IMG/VR virus record: IMGVR_UViG_3300045988_175865
Location: 30,001 to 62,000 of that record
DNA from: a virus
DNA length: 32,000 nucleotides
Reading direction: 5' to 3' (one strand)
Both the position numbers and the translations under genes were made by a program. This document shows positions 20,626 to 28,756 of this stretch, piece after piece. A model generated the notes under the pieces. The model had not been told where the DNA came from. It ran no database searches and saw only the letters and a list, made by a program, of their open reading frames with translations. Every line of letters starts with the position of its first letter. Positions within the stretch are counted from its first letter, which is position 1.

Positions 20626-21005
20626 TACTCAACAAAATAATTGGAATTAAAAAGCTTAGGATTATGTCTTTTTAAAAGTTTCTTCTCCTTTTCTATCATA
20701 ATACTCATGACTTCATCAGCATAGTCATTTCTACGACCTCCAAAGTTTTCAATAACATGAAACGGATTCTCTAAAGCATTACGCTCAGCAATCTTTCGAC
20801 CAATAGCTTTATTAAAGTTATCTACAGGCTGACATACTGCAAGTCCAAACTTAATAGTATGACTATTATCATCATAAACTGCAGCTATAGTATACCTACG
20901 ACATGGTTTAACATCATAAACAACAGTTTTCTCAATAATAGGATTCACAGAAACAGTGCCTTGATATACAGGAGCACTGTAATAATACTTAACTACTCTA
21001 CTCAT
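20625..21005 (-). CDS. hypothetical protein (pattern reminiscent of the N4 gp49 / Sf6 gp66 family)
   Basis: 126 aa with FGLAVCQPVDNFNKAIGRKIAERNA. The family assignment is from memory of the motif only. Confidence 0.45.
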   Translation of the reverse strand: MSRVVKYYYSAPVYQGTVSVNPIIEKTVVYDVKPCRRYTIAAVYDDNSHTIKFGLAVCQPVDNFNKAIGRKIAERNALENPFHVIENFGGRRNDYADEVMSIMIEKEKKLLKRHNPKLFNSNYFVE

Positions 21006-21042
21006 ATCTTTCTTATTTTTTTATGATTTACATTTTAAATTG

Positions 21043-21291
21043 TTACTTCCTAGAAAGCTTACACCTCCATTTTTCTAGATTTTTACCAAATCTAGCATCA
21101 AATATATAATCACAGTAACTATAATCATTAACTATTGTTCTAGGATTAGGAATATTACAATCAAAGTCTTTATCTTGAAGTTTAAAAAAATTACTTTTTA
21201 AGTAATTCTTTATTCTTCTTTTAACAATTCGATGATAAATATTCTTTATACCTTTATCCTTGTAAACTGGAACCTTATAACTCTTTGACAT
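21043..21291 (-). CDS. hypothetical basic protein
   Basis: 82-aa Lys/Arg-rich ORF, stop TAA. Confidence 0.4.
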   Translation of the reverse strand: MSKSYKVPVYKDKGIKNIYHRIVKRRIKNYLKSNFFKLQDKDFDCNIPNPRTIVNDYSYCDYIFDARFGKNLEKWRCKLSRK

Positions 21292-21313
21292 ATTAAGATA
21301 ATATTAAATATAA

Positions 21314-21817
21314 TTAAGTTACTATATTTTTCATAAATGATATTCTAGCAATGTTTCGTAAATCACTAGATAATACTTTAACAACTATATCTTGTCGGCC
21401 ATTTCTTTGATAATAAGTATATAAAGACCTAGACTTATCTATACTCTTATTTGTTACCTTAGAATCAATTAGTTTAATTATGTCAGTTCGTCTACATACA
21501 ATTCAATCTTTCTCTCCTTCAAATGCTATATAATCAGCCTTTCCAAATAGTCATCCAGGATTTCCTCGAACATTTTTTAGTTCTACTCAGTTGATATTAT
21601 AATCTGGAGTATTATCAGCTCTACGATTTTTTTTTGCGCTCTTGATGTCAAATGTAAAAGTTCTATTATTATATGTTCATATAATATCAATATGATCATA
21701 CATATCTTGATACTTAGATGGAATCTGAACAGTTCCTCCAACCTGAGATAGTAACAATTCAGAAAACTCAGATTCTTTTATCTTTCCTAATTTAGAGCAA
21801 TCTATATATTTATTCAT
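21314..21817 (-). CDS. PD-(D/E)xK nuclease-like protein
   Basis: Start MNKYIDCSKLG at 21817. The frame passes through TGA at 21677, 21587, 21551 and 21503 to TAA at 21314. YDHIDII-W-...FTFDIKSAKK has a D...D-x-K layout. Confidence 0.5.
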
Positions 21818-22073
21818 AATTGTGACCCCATTTTTCAGCTTCTTCAAATGTACTAAAAACAAGATATTCTGGAATCATTGTTACTATATCTTCAAAAGCA
21901 TAAAATATATGAGGACCAGAATCTAAATATGAGACTATAATATCCTTAACTGTTCTAGGAGTAGTATCTACAGTATAAGTATCTACAAAAACTCCTGCTT
22001 CAAATTGATGGGTCTTTTGACAAATAAATACTGTCTGCCCAATATCAAATTTGGTTTCTATACTAATTTTCAT
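21810..22073 (-). CDS. hypothetical protein
   Basis: 87-aa ORF, stop TAA. Confidence 0.45.
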   Translation of the reverse strand: MKISIETKFDIGQTVFICQKTHQFEAGVFVDTYTVDTTPRTVKDIIVSYLDSGPHIFYAFEDIVTMIPEYLVFSTFEEAEKWGHNYE

Positions 22074-22074
22074 T

Positions 22075-22683
22075 TTAGTTATCTATTATTTCAATATATC
22101 TCTGTTTAGGAGTAGTAACGTAAGGATTTTGATCTATAATAATAACTTCTATAACAGTATGTTTTCTAGTAAACCATCGTGGTAGAAACCATTTTCGTGG
22201 TTTAATAGGTTCTTTATGAGAACTTAGAGTTATATACTTTTCATTATTATACTCATTACTTAAAGCTATTGTTCCTGGATAGGAAAGGTGTAGACAACTT
22301 CTGTTTCATTTATCTACAATACAAGTATCTAACACAAACCCAGGTTCTCTAAATATTGTATCTCTAATAACAATAGTATCTTTCTTAGAAAAATGTTCTA
22401 ATTGATATTGTAACGCTTTAATTTTATTATCCTTAACTTTGTTCTCATTAGCTACTTTTTTCATTTTAAGCATTAAAGAATCGCTAAAGTATTCTAATTG
22501 CTCAATTGAAAGCTTAAATACACGATTACTTTCTTTTAATCATGAATTTTCCGCAGCATATGCTTTTTCATTATTTATAGAATTATCTAACGCAATATTC
22601 AGATTTCTAATTTTATTGGTCATAAAAATTATAGCCAATACAAGTAAAGTATAACTTAATATTCTTAAAATTATTTTTTTCAT
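22075..22683 (-). CDS. membrane-anchored coiled-coil protein
   Basis: ATG 22683-22681 overlaps the upstream TAA. The N-terminus MKKIILRILSYTLLVLAIIFM looks like a signal anchor, followed by a heptad-like region. There are two in-frame TGAs (for example 22540-22542). Stop TAA at 22075. Missed by the standard-code track. Confidence 0.55.
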
Positions 22684-23036
22684 TATATTAATTCTCTGTT
22701 AAAAGTTGAAACTACAAAACTTCGGAATAGAATTAAATCTTCTAGAGCATTATCTAACGATGCTACTTGTTTTTTAACTCTTAAATATTTTTCAGTAATA
22801 ATTTGTATAATATTTTTAATATCTCTAATAGAACAAGGATCGTATTCAAACATACATAATCTTCTATTTAAAACACCAATAGGCTCATTTGTTAAAATTA
22901 TAGGAATTCTCTTGTTAGATTGAATTTTTATAACAAAAGGAATAGATCCAAGGTCTACTAATAATTTTAGATATCTTATATCTACATTATTTGGAAATAT
23001 AAATCCTGCCTGTTTAAGATTTCTAGTAATTAACAT
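22683..23036 (-). CDS. hypothetical protein
   Basis: 117-aa ORF, stop TAA. Confidence 0.45.
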   Translation of the reverse strand: MLITRNLKQAGFIFPNNVDIRYLKLLVDLGSIPFVIKIQSNKRIPIILTNEPIGVLNRRLCMFEYDPCSIRDIKNIIQIITEKYLRVKKQVASLDNALEDLILFRSFVVSTFNRELI

Positions 23037-23041
23037 AGTAT

Positions 23042-23073
23042 TAAAAAATAAGGCATTAGAAAACTAATGCCTT
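23042..23073 (-). terminator. rho-independent terminator
   Basis: Perfect 10-bp stem aaggcattag / aaaa / ctaatgcctt (23050-23073). It is followed on the minus strand by AUUUUUU and lies directly after the HNH gene stop. Confidence 0.6.
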
Positions 23074-23079
23074 AATATT

Positions 23080-23649
23080 TTATTGTTTATTAACAGTGTA
23101 TCCATGATGTTCTAAAACTAGTTTACATAAGTTTAAGTACTCTTCTACAGTTAAATCACTTTTAGAATAATTAGCTGCAGGAGTTGTAATACCTAAATTT
23201 GATAAATCATTCGACCCGCCTTTAGAAACTGGTATTATATGATCAAAACAATAATCATCTTTTTCTAAATCAATAGGAGTGCCTGTTAAATAGCACTTTG
23301 TTTTTGTGCCAAATTTATTAATAATATCTAAAGTCTTAATTTTATTTAAACTCTTCATTCCTCTATTTTGAAAATGTTCAATATATCTCCTTAAACGTTT
23401 ACGTCATGTTCTATTAGAGATTCTTCTACATCCATGAGAGATTCTAGCACAAAAAGTACATAGTCTAGATTTAATTCTCCCCTTAAGTGTATTACGTCAT
23501 AATGAAGTAGATTTTCGTTGTTTACTATTAGTTATATCATTACAATAATATCCAACAATACTTTTGCTACATCCAAGTATCTTAGCAATTTCATTATAAC
23601 TTTTATTATCACTTCTTAAAATAAGAATTTGTTCCTTTAACTTACTCAT
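23080..23649 (-). CDS. free-standing HNH endonuclease with N-terminal HTH
   Basis: ATG 23649-23647 lies 14 nt after the tRNA 3' end. HTH is SYNEIAKILGCSKSIVGYY. Two in-frame TGAs at 23497-23499 and 23404-23406. HNH core is CFDHIIPVSKGGSNDLSNLGITTPAANYSK. Stop TAA. Confidence 0.75.
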
Positions 23650-23663
23650 AATCAACTTATTAG

Positions 23664-24101
23664 CACGAGCTCTCCGATTCGAACAGAGACCGTAGGGTTT
23701 GGAGCCCTACAATACGGTTTTGCTTACCACTATAGTTTTCACTACCAGTTTTACTGTTTGTAGTCTGGACTATATCAGCTTGATATACAAGTGTGGCATT
23801 TAGTCTCTACACATTTATAGAGTAAAGTAGGATACATAGAGAAGTGTACGGCTTTAATTTTCGACCTACTAAGCACTCCGCCTATTTTACACGGCATAAA
23901 CAGCCTATGTTCTCTACTGTATTTTACTCTAATTTAGCTCGGTATTATCAGCTATCCATATTTCAGGACCTTAGACTTTCTTAGAAAGCTGATTCGCATG
24001 ATTTTTATCATCTTATTTCGCTTTTACCGAATTTGCCACAATTTTCACGCCAAGCGTGCTCCAATTCGAAGACCGCTGTGCTACCATTACACTAAGCTCG
24101 C
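23664..24101 (-). tRNA. intron-containing suppressor tRNA, anticodon UCA after splicing (tRNA-Trp-like, G73), with a 25-nt extra arm bearing a CUCCAAA loop
   Basis: Exon 1 (24101..24069): GCGAGCU UA GUGU AAUGGUA GCAC A GCGGU CUU. Exon 2 (23722..23664): CAAA ACCGU AUUGUAGGG CUCCAAA CCCUACGGU CUCUG UUCGAAU CGGAG AGCUCGU G. The acceptor stem is 7 bp (G1-U72 wobble). The T-loop is UUCGAAU. U8, A14, GG and A21 are present. No CCA is encoded. Confidence 0.75.
23723..24068 (-). ncRNA. group I self-splicing intron in the tRNA anticodon loop (after U34)
   Basis: P1 is CUU|CG / UGGAG, with a U-G pair at the splice site. P2 is CACGC-UUG-GCGUG. P3 is UGUGGCA (24040-24034) / UGCCACA (23798-23792). P4 is UCGGUA (24030-24025) / UACCGA (23944-23939). 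P7 is GACUA / UAGUC, inside the consensus strings AGAGACUAAAUG and GAUAUAGUCC. P8 is CUUG-UAUAU-CAAG. The terminal G is at 23723. The ligated CUU+CAA pairs continuously with the guide sequence UUGGAG. Confidence 0.75.
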
Positions 24102-24124
24102 ATTTATTATCTTTAGTTATACAG

Positions 24125-24155
24125 CAAAGATAACAAAAATCTGTGAACAATCAAA
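24125..24155 (-). promoter_or_regulatory. candidate Bacteroidota-type promoter (TTTG-N19-TAnnTTTG) upstream of the tRNA
   Basis: The minus strand reads TTTG (24155-24152), 19 nt, then TATCTTTG (24132-24125). The tRNA 5' end is 23 nt further downstream. Confidence 0.35.
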
Positions 24156-24170
24156 AATTTAATTAACAAA

Positions 24171-25376
24171 TTATAAAGAAAATTTGCGAATTTTGGTTAA
24201 ATAAATCTCTTTACGATATTGGTTAACTCCACCATAGTCACCATAACTCATCTGCACTTTACGAAGATGGTATAGCTTACCTCCCTCTAATTTTAATTTA
24301 TCTGCTATATCCTTTGGAAAAGTAAAATCAATAACCTTGTCAACTGTTATTTTTTTATAGTTACTATCCTTTGAATTTATAACATATATTAAGAAAGCAC
24401 TTAATATAAGCAGGTACCACTTAATTTCAGAGTAATCTGTAGTGGGTCTTAAAAATCTGAATTCTACAGTTTTATGGGCATCACCTGAAATTAAATGCAT
24501 TATATTCATATTAAAATATCTACCGTGCACTTCCCACTTACGCTCCTCTGTTGAATCATATGAATTAGGTAAATAAAAACTTTGGTCATCATTATACTTA
24601 TTACCAGTGAACCTTTTGTAGAATGTAGGGAGAGATGCAATACTCGGAAAAGGTTTATTGTAAGCTTTACCATTACTTTTATAGCGTTCTGTATAGTAAC
24701 TATATCTTGGTATGTACATACTAATAGACCATTGAAAATGGCACCAGAACTTACACAGACGATTAATATAACTATTATTAATTGGAAAGTTACCAAAATG
24801 AATATGCAAAGAGCAGTTTTTATCGTAAAACGTGTATCTTTCAAGCAGTTTCAAATGCTGTTTAATAATAGGTAAATCTATATGTGTTAATGGAAAAGTT
24901 ACATATTCATGCCCATTAATTGAACCATCATACAGTGGTACTAGATTTGTATCAATACAACTTAACCAAGGTATGTTTCCTGCGGATGTTTCATATTCAA
25001 GGCCAAAGGTAAAGTCTTCAATATATGTAAATTCTTTATCAGGTATTAATTTAATATACTTAGGTTTTAAAGATAGTTTTGAAAAATTGTAACATCTATC
25101 TATTGGATAATTAAACACATATTTAGAATCTGTAATGATATTATTAGATAGTTTTAAATCTATCGTATAGCAACAAATATTATTTACCCAATATAATGGT
25201 ATTTTGCAGTTCTCGCGTCTTTCCAAATAGGTAATTTTCCCTTCTATTACTAGAGGAATATTTAGTGGGTCTATTTCAAAATAACCATATTCTATATATG
25301 CGTAATCAATATAGATCACACCTCTTAGTAAGGTATCTCCAGTTTCCCACCTTTTTTTAGTATTATTGTACAGCAT
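24171..25376 (-). CDS. glutamine-synthetase-fold amidoligase (Amidoligase_2-like)
   Basis: FTFGLEYETS...LVPLYDGSINGHEYVTFPL...NCSLHIHFG follows the E-x-E / DGS / E-x-V / H-x-H order typical of this family. No in-frame TGA. Stop TAA. Confidence 0.65.
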   Translation of the reverse strand: MLYNNTKKRWETGDTLLRGVIYIDYAYIEYGYFEIDPLNIPLVIEGKITYLERRENCKIPLYWVNNICCYTIDLKLSNNIITDSKYVFNYPIDRCYNFSKLSLKPKYIKLIPDKEFTYIEDFTFGLEYETSAGNIPWLSCIDTNLVPLYDGSINGHEYVTFPLTHIDLPIIKQHLKLLERYTFYDKNCSLHIHFGNFPINNSYINRLCKFWCHFQWSISMYIPRYSYYTERYKSNGKAYNKPFPSIASLPTFYKRFTGNKYNDDQSFYLPNSYDSTEERKWEVHGRYFNMNIMHLISGDAHKTVEFRFLRPTTDYSEIKWYLLILSAFLIYVINSKDSNYKKITVDKVIDFTFPKDIADKLKLEGGKLYHLRKVQMSYGDYGGVNQYRKEIYLTKIRKFSL

Positions 25377-26685
25377 CTAAATTAACAAGTCTATTAGTTA
25401 TAAACTGTAAAATCTGTGTTTCTAGTACTTCAAAATCGAATGTTGTATTTTCTGCATTATTCTTGAAAATTTCAAAAGCGCTAGGAGCATAGGTATATGT
25501 TGTAGAACTTACTCCATCTTTTACATTAACTTTATCAGGAGCATTAAATAGAGTAACATATGATCCTTCCATGTACTTCATATAATTGAAGTCTTTGTCA
25601 ACAGTAGTTAAGACACCATTAATAATTCGAGGATTATATGCAAAGTAATCAATAACTTCGGGACAATAAACAGAAAGAACATCATTTGTAAAAAGGTCAT
25701 CTATATTTTCAAGGAAATCATAACTTTCTTTATTGGGTAACAATCGCCCATAGAAGAAGTAGAAAGTATGTCTATATGCGTTAGAGCTGGCATATGCTTC
25801 GGGTACTAAATGCCCAGAAGGATAAGCTAGATACATACCGTGTGCTGGAATTTCATTTAACATATACGTACCTGTAGTTTGACTGTAATATAAGTTATTA
25901 GAGGTATATGCTGGGGAATTATCCTTATAAGAAGCACCATATACTGGTATGCAAAGGGTTCTCCTTAATTTTTCACGATTAATATTTCTAATACAGTAAA
26001 CCTTGTTATCCTTAATTCGGCATAACTTATTTACAGGAAATTCATAGATTGTTTTTTTACAGTTGATGGAATATAGAGAAGCATACATCGACGAAAAATA
26101 AAGTTTACCCTCGTTAATCATATAAACTAAAGGTCGCTCAGATTTTGTTTTGTTTTCATTATAACAAGAGCTCCCTTTGAACATGAGTACTTCTGGAGTC
26201 AAAGATCTATAATCTACCATTATAAGAACAGCACAACCTGTATATTCTTCTAGAACATCATATCCATGTTCATAAATAATTTCTGCCAAAATTTGAGAAT
26301 CAGACATACCAAGAGTATTAAGTTCTGGAAGATATTTATTAGATAATTCTCCAATATTAAGAATAGTACCATTATGCATTAGTACAAACTCAATTTTGTT
26401 ACCACGTCTAATAACAACTGGCTGAGCCTGATCTAAATTCACAGGATATCCAGGAGAGGCCTTTCGACAATGTAATAAAGCAATAGAAGCTGACTTTGGA
26501 TAATTTATACTAGTAGTAAAGTTCCTAAATAATTTTCTGTCACTGACTCCATATTCTACCTTACCATCAATAAAAATACCACAACTATCTCCCCCTCTTT
26601 CATCGTTTAGGGTTCCAAGTATATTAAAGTGGTTTATGTTAAATTCAGTCTTTTCAGTAGAAATTATTCCAGCTAGTCCGCACAT
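25363..26685 (-). CDS. class II (Ntn) glutamine amidotransferase-like protein
   Basis: N-terminal MCGLAGII (Cys2 nucleophile), then RGGDSCGIF and LLHCRKAS. 440 aa, overlapping both neighbouring genes. Confidence 0.65.
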   Translation of the reverse strand: MCGLAGIISTEKTEFNINHFNILGTLNDERGGDSCGIFIDGKVEYGVSDRKLFRNFTTSINYPKSASIALLHCRKASPGYPVNLDQAQPVVIRRGNKIEFVLMHNGTILNIGELSNKYLPELNTLGMSDSQILAEIIYEHGYDVLEEYTGCAVLIMVDYRSLTPEVLMFKGSSCYNENKTKSERPLVYMINEGKLYFSSMYASLYSINCKKTIYEFPVNKLCRIKDNKVYCIRNINREKLRRTLCIPVYGASYKDNSPAYTSNNLYYSQTTGTYMLNEIPAHGMYLAYPSGHLVPEAYASSNAYRHTFYFFYGRLLPNKESYDFLENIDDLFTNDVLSVYCPEVIDYFAYNPRIINGVLTTVDKDFNYMKYMEGSYVTLFNAPDKVNVKDGVSSTTYTYAPSAFEIFKNNAENTTFDFEVLETQILQFITNRLVNLDAVQ

Positions 26686-27464
26686 ATTCCATAAAGTTTA
26701 ATTAGATGTTCTGCCAGTACTTTATTAGATGTATTAATACACTTTTGAACTAAATCTCCTTCTGGCAAAGGAAATCCTTCATTAAACATATCTACAGCTA
26801 ACATAGTTTGTTTATAAATCATTGGAAGGTATTTGTCATTAAGCATAAAGCTACTTAGACATCTTGCTTCTACTCCCCACTCAGGACAACGGAAACTTCC
26901 TGCTTGACCATATAGAGTTCTTCTAAAAGTATCTCTATCATATAATACAGAAGGAACTCCACAGCATAGATCAAAGAACTTAATAAGCTTAACAGATGTA
27001 TCAAAATTAGGGTTATCATATCCTATGTGAATGTGTGAACCTGCCACTCTTCTATTATCAGGATAACCTTGTGGCTTATCGTTTTCACACTCTGTATAAG
27101 CATCATAATCACTAGAACATCCAATTTCATTTGCTTTAGGATCAAGTAATTGATCTTCAGGCACGGGCATAGATGCACTACAACAAATATCAAGATTGTT
27201 ATCGAATTGTTTAACCCAATTACGAATCCAATCTTTCATATATTTAATAGAATCTACAAATTCATTACTAGAAGTACAAGGTGGGATATTAAATTCTCCT
27301 AAAATACAGTCAATCTCCACACCAAATCCTTTTGGCATGCCTTTAGTATATGGTTTACCTTTTTCTCCTGGAATTATTCCAATTGCAGATACTACTTGGT
27401 TTGTTTTTGTATTAAAAATAAATAACTCGGGGTCTGCTCCAACTGTAATATTTTTAATTTTCAT
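26673..27464 (-). CDS. COOH-NH2 ligase, phage phiEco32-like type 2
   Basis: N-terminal VGADPELFIF, later RRVAGSHIHIGYDNPN. The family assignment is from motif memory. Confidence 0.55.
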   Translation of the reverse strand: MKIKNITVGADPELFIFNTKTNQVVSAIGIIPGEKGKPYTKGMPKGFGVEIDCILGEFNIPPCTSSNEFVDSIKYMKDWIRNWVKQFDNNLDICCSASMPVPEDQLLDPKANEIGCSSDYDAYTECENDKPQGYPDNRRVAGSHIHIGYDNPNFDTSVKLIKFFDLCCGVPSVLYDRDTFRRTLYGQAGSFRCPEWGVEARCLSSFMLNDKYLPMIYKQTMLAVDMFNEGFPLPEGDLVQKCINTSNKVLAEHLIKLYGICAD

Positions 27465-28101
27465 CTGCTATTAATTTATCAATTATTTCATTTATTCTTA
27501 TAACAATTGGTGATTCAGGTCTCATATATTCAGGATGTCCTTGGATAGCCAAACACTTTGGAAGATTTGGTCTGTCATACAAAACAATTTCAGGTTCATA
27601 AGGAGGAGACATAACATTATCTCCCTCATATATACTTGACCGATGACTAGTTGAATAAAACAAACATGTCCAATACTTATATGGTATTATAAATGGATAC
27701 TGCATTTGATGGTGTGTACTGGTAATTTCATACATTTTATTCGTACTTATCTCTGTAATAGAGTGAGTTATTCGAATAGCATGATTTTCCACATTCTGAA
27801 TAAGTATGCCACCATTCATAATACATAAATATTGACTGCCTCGGCAGATCCCCACAGCTAACTGATCAGGTCTGATTTTCTCAAATTCTTTCTTTTCTGC
27901 GAGATCCCTTTGTAAATTAGCACAAGTAGTAGGATGAGGTTTACAGTTATACAAAGAAGGGTGTACATCTTCTCCACCTGTAAAAATAACAATATCTGCA
28001 TCGTTAATATCATCTACTAGCTCACGCTTAGTAATAAAATTAGCATAGTGTACTTGATTACCAACGACATATACTTTTTTTGTTTTTAGCATAGTATTCA
28101 T
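27454..28101 (-). CDS. class I glutamine amidotransferase / peptidase C26 (gamma-glutamyl hydrolase-like)
   Basis: FTGGEDVHPSLY...AVGICRGSQYLCIMNGG...THHQM...IQGHPEY provides the Cys-His catalytic layout. Confidence 0.65.
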   Translation of the reverse strand: MNTMLKTKKVYVVGNQVHYANFITKRELVDDINDADIVIFTGGEDVHPSLYNCKPHPTTCANLQRDLAEKKEFEKIRPDQLAVGICRGSQYLCIMNGGILIQNVENHAIRITHSITEISTNKMYEITSTHHQMQYPFIIPYKYWTCLFYSTSHRSSIYEGDNVMSPPYEPEIVLYDRPNLPKCLAIQGHPEYMRPESPIVIRINEIIDKLIADEN

Positions 28102-28756
28102 TCGCTATAAAATTAATTCCCTTGACAATTTGAGGTAATTGCTTCGAGTTAAATACTCGAAGCAAATGGCACAAACTATTATGTTCAGCCATAATCCTAC
28201 AAAAACTTTCACTATAGTTAAAGTCCCTTCTAATTAAATTAAACTGGCACTTAGGATTAATGTTATAAAATGTTAGGTTATCTAATCCTGGGCAATGACA
28301 TCTTCTTCCATCATGAAACAATGTAATATAAAGTTGCATAATTTGAGTAATATCCAATTCTGGAAAGTTTGCTCTATTTTGCCATGCAGAGTATAATAAT
28401 AACCAAAACGGATTTTCGTATACATATCTAATATATATAGCACTATAGACAAAGAATCTATTGTCAGGAGCACACCTAATTTGTAATTTGTATGAATGTG
28501 TACTCTTTACAAGTGATATTAATGTAAACCCCAGTAGTCTTGAGATTTCCTTAAAGTACTCAATTAATGTTTTCGTATCAAATGTACAGTAGTTAAGCTG
28601 AACTTGTCTACTTCGAGGCCATATAATAGTAGCATAATAATAACCATTAAATTCACCTTGAGAACATCCCCTACTAAAACAAGCCATATTTTCATAAAAG
28701 TAATTACCAGCATAGTAATTACATTTATATTCTTTTCCTCTAAAATCTAGTATCAT
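28058..28756 (-). CDS. hypothetical Cys/aromatic-rich protein within the ligase cassette
   Basis: 232-aa ORF overlapping both neighbours. No motif recognised. Confidence 0.5.
   Translation of the reverse strand: MILDFRGKEYKCNYYAGNYFYENMACFSRGCSQGEFNGYYYATIIWPRSRQVQLNYCTFDTKTLIEYFKEISRLLGFTLISLVKSTHSYKLQIRCAPDNRFFVYSAIYIRYVYENPFWLLLYSAWQNRANFPELDITQIMQLYITLFHDGRRCHCPGLDNLTFYNINPKCQFNLIRRDFNYSESFCRIMAEHNSLCHLLRVFNSKQLPQIVKGINFIANEYYAKNKKSICRW

Noticed and set aside
1050-23649. Interpreting the fragmented helicase, primase, RNase H and other ORFs as pseudogenes or assembly errors
   Set aside because: The interruptions are exclusively in-frame TGA, with no frameshifts and no TAA or TAG. They fall at Trp-like positions, and a tRNA with anticodon UCA is encoded in the same window.
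23664-24101. Plain tRNA-Trp(CCA) with a 367-nt intron between positions 26 and 27
   Set aside because: Deleting 24075..23710 would give a perfect 71-nt cloverleaf. However, that 5' junction follows an A and has no P1 or guide-sequence pairing. The U34 junction has a U-G pair in P1, a contiguous P1/P10 alignment on UUGGAG, and creates a complementary GCGGU/ACCGU stem. This alternative is kept as a caveat in the tRNA finding.
24506-24844. Nested minus-strand ORFs 24506..24844 and 28282..28473
   Set aside because: They lie out of frame inside longer genes that have recognisable motifs or operon context. They have no independent support.
2074-27474. All plus-strand ORFs in the track (2074..2382, 2831..3088, 3721..4062, 4773..5417, 7144..7353, 9185..9467, 9477..10016, 10277..10540, 15356..15595, 17175..17750, 18362..18556, 19197..19385, 22439..22654, 24582..25092, 27196..27474, 29627..29890)
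   Set aside because: Each lies antisense to a minus-strand gene or intron that has clear motifs. Their products are low-complexity and Ile/Phe/Leu/Ser-rich, as expected from the antisense strand of AT-rich coding DNA. None has a recognisable motif.
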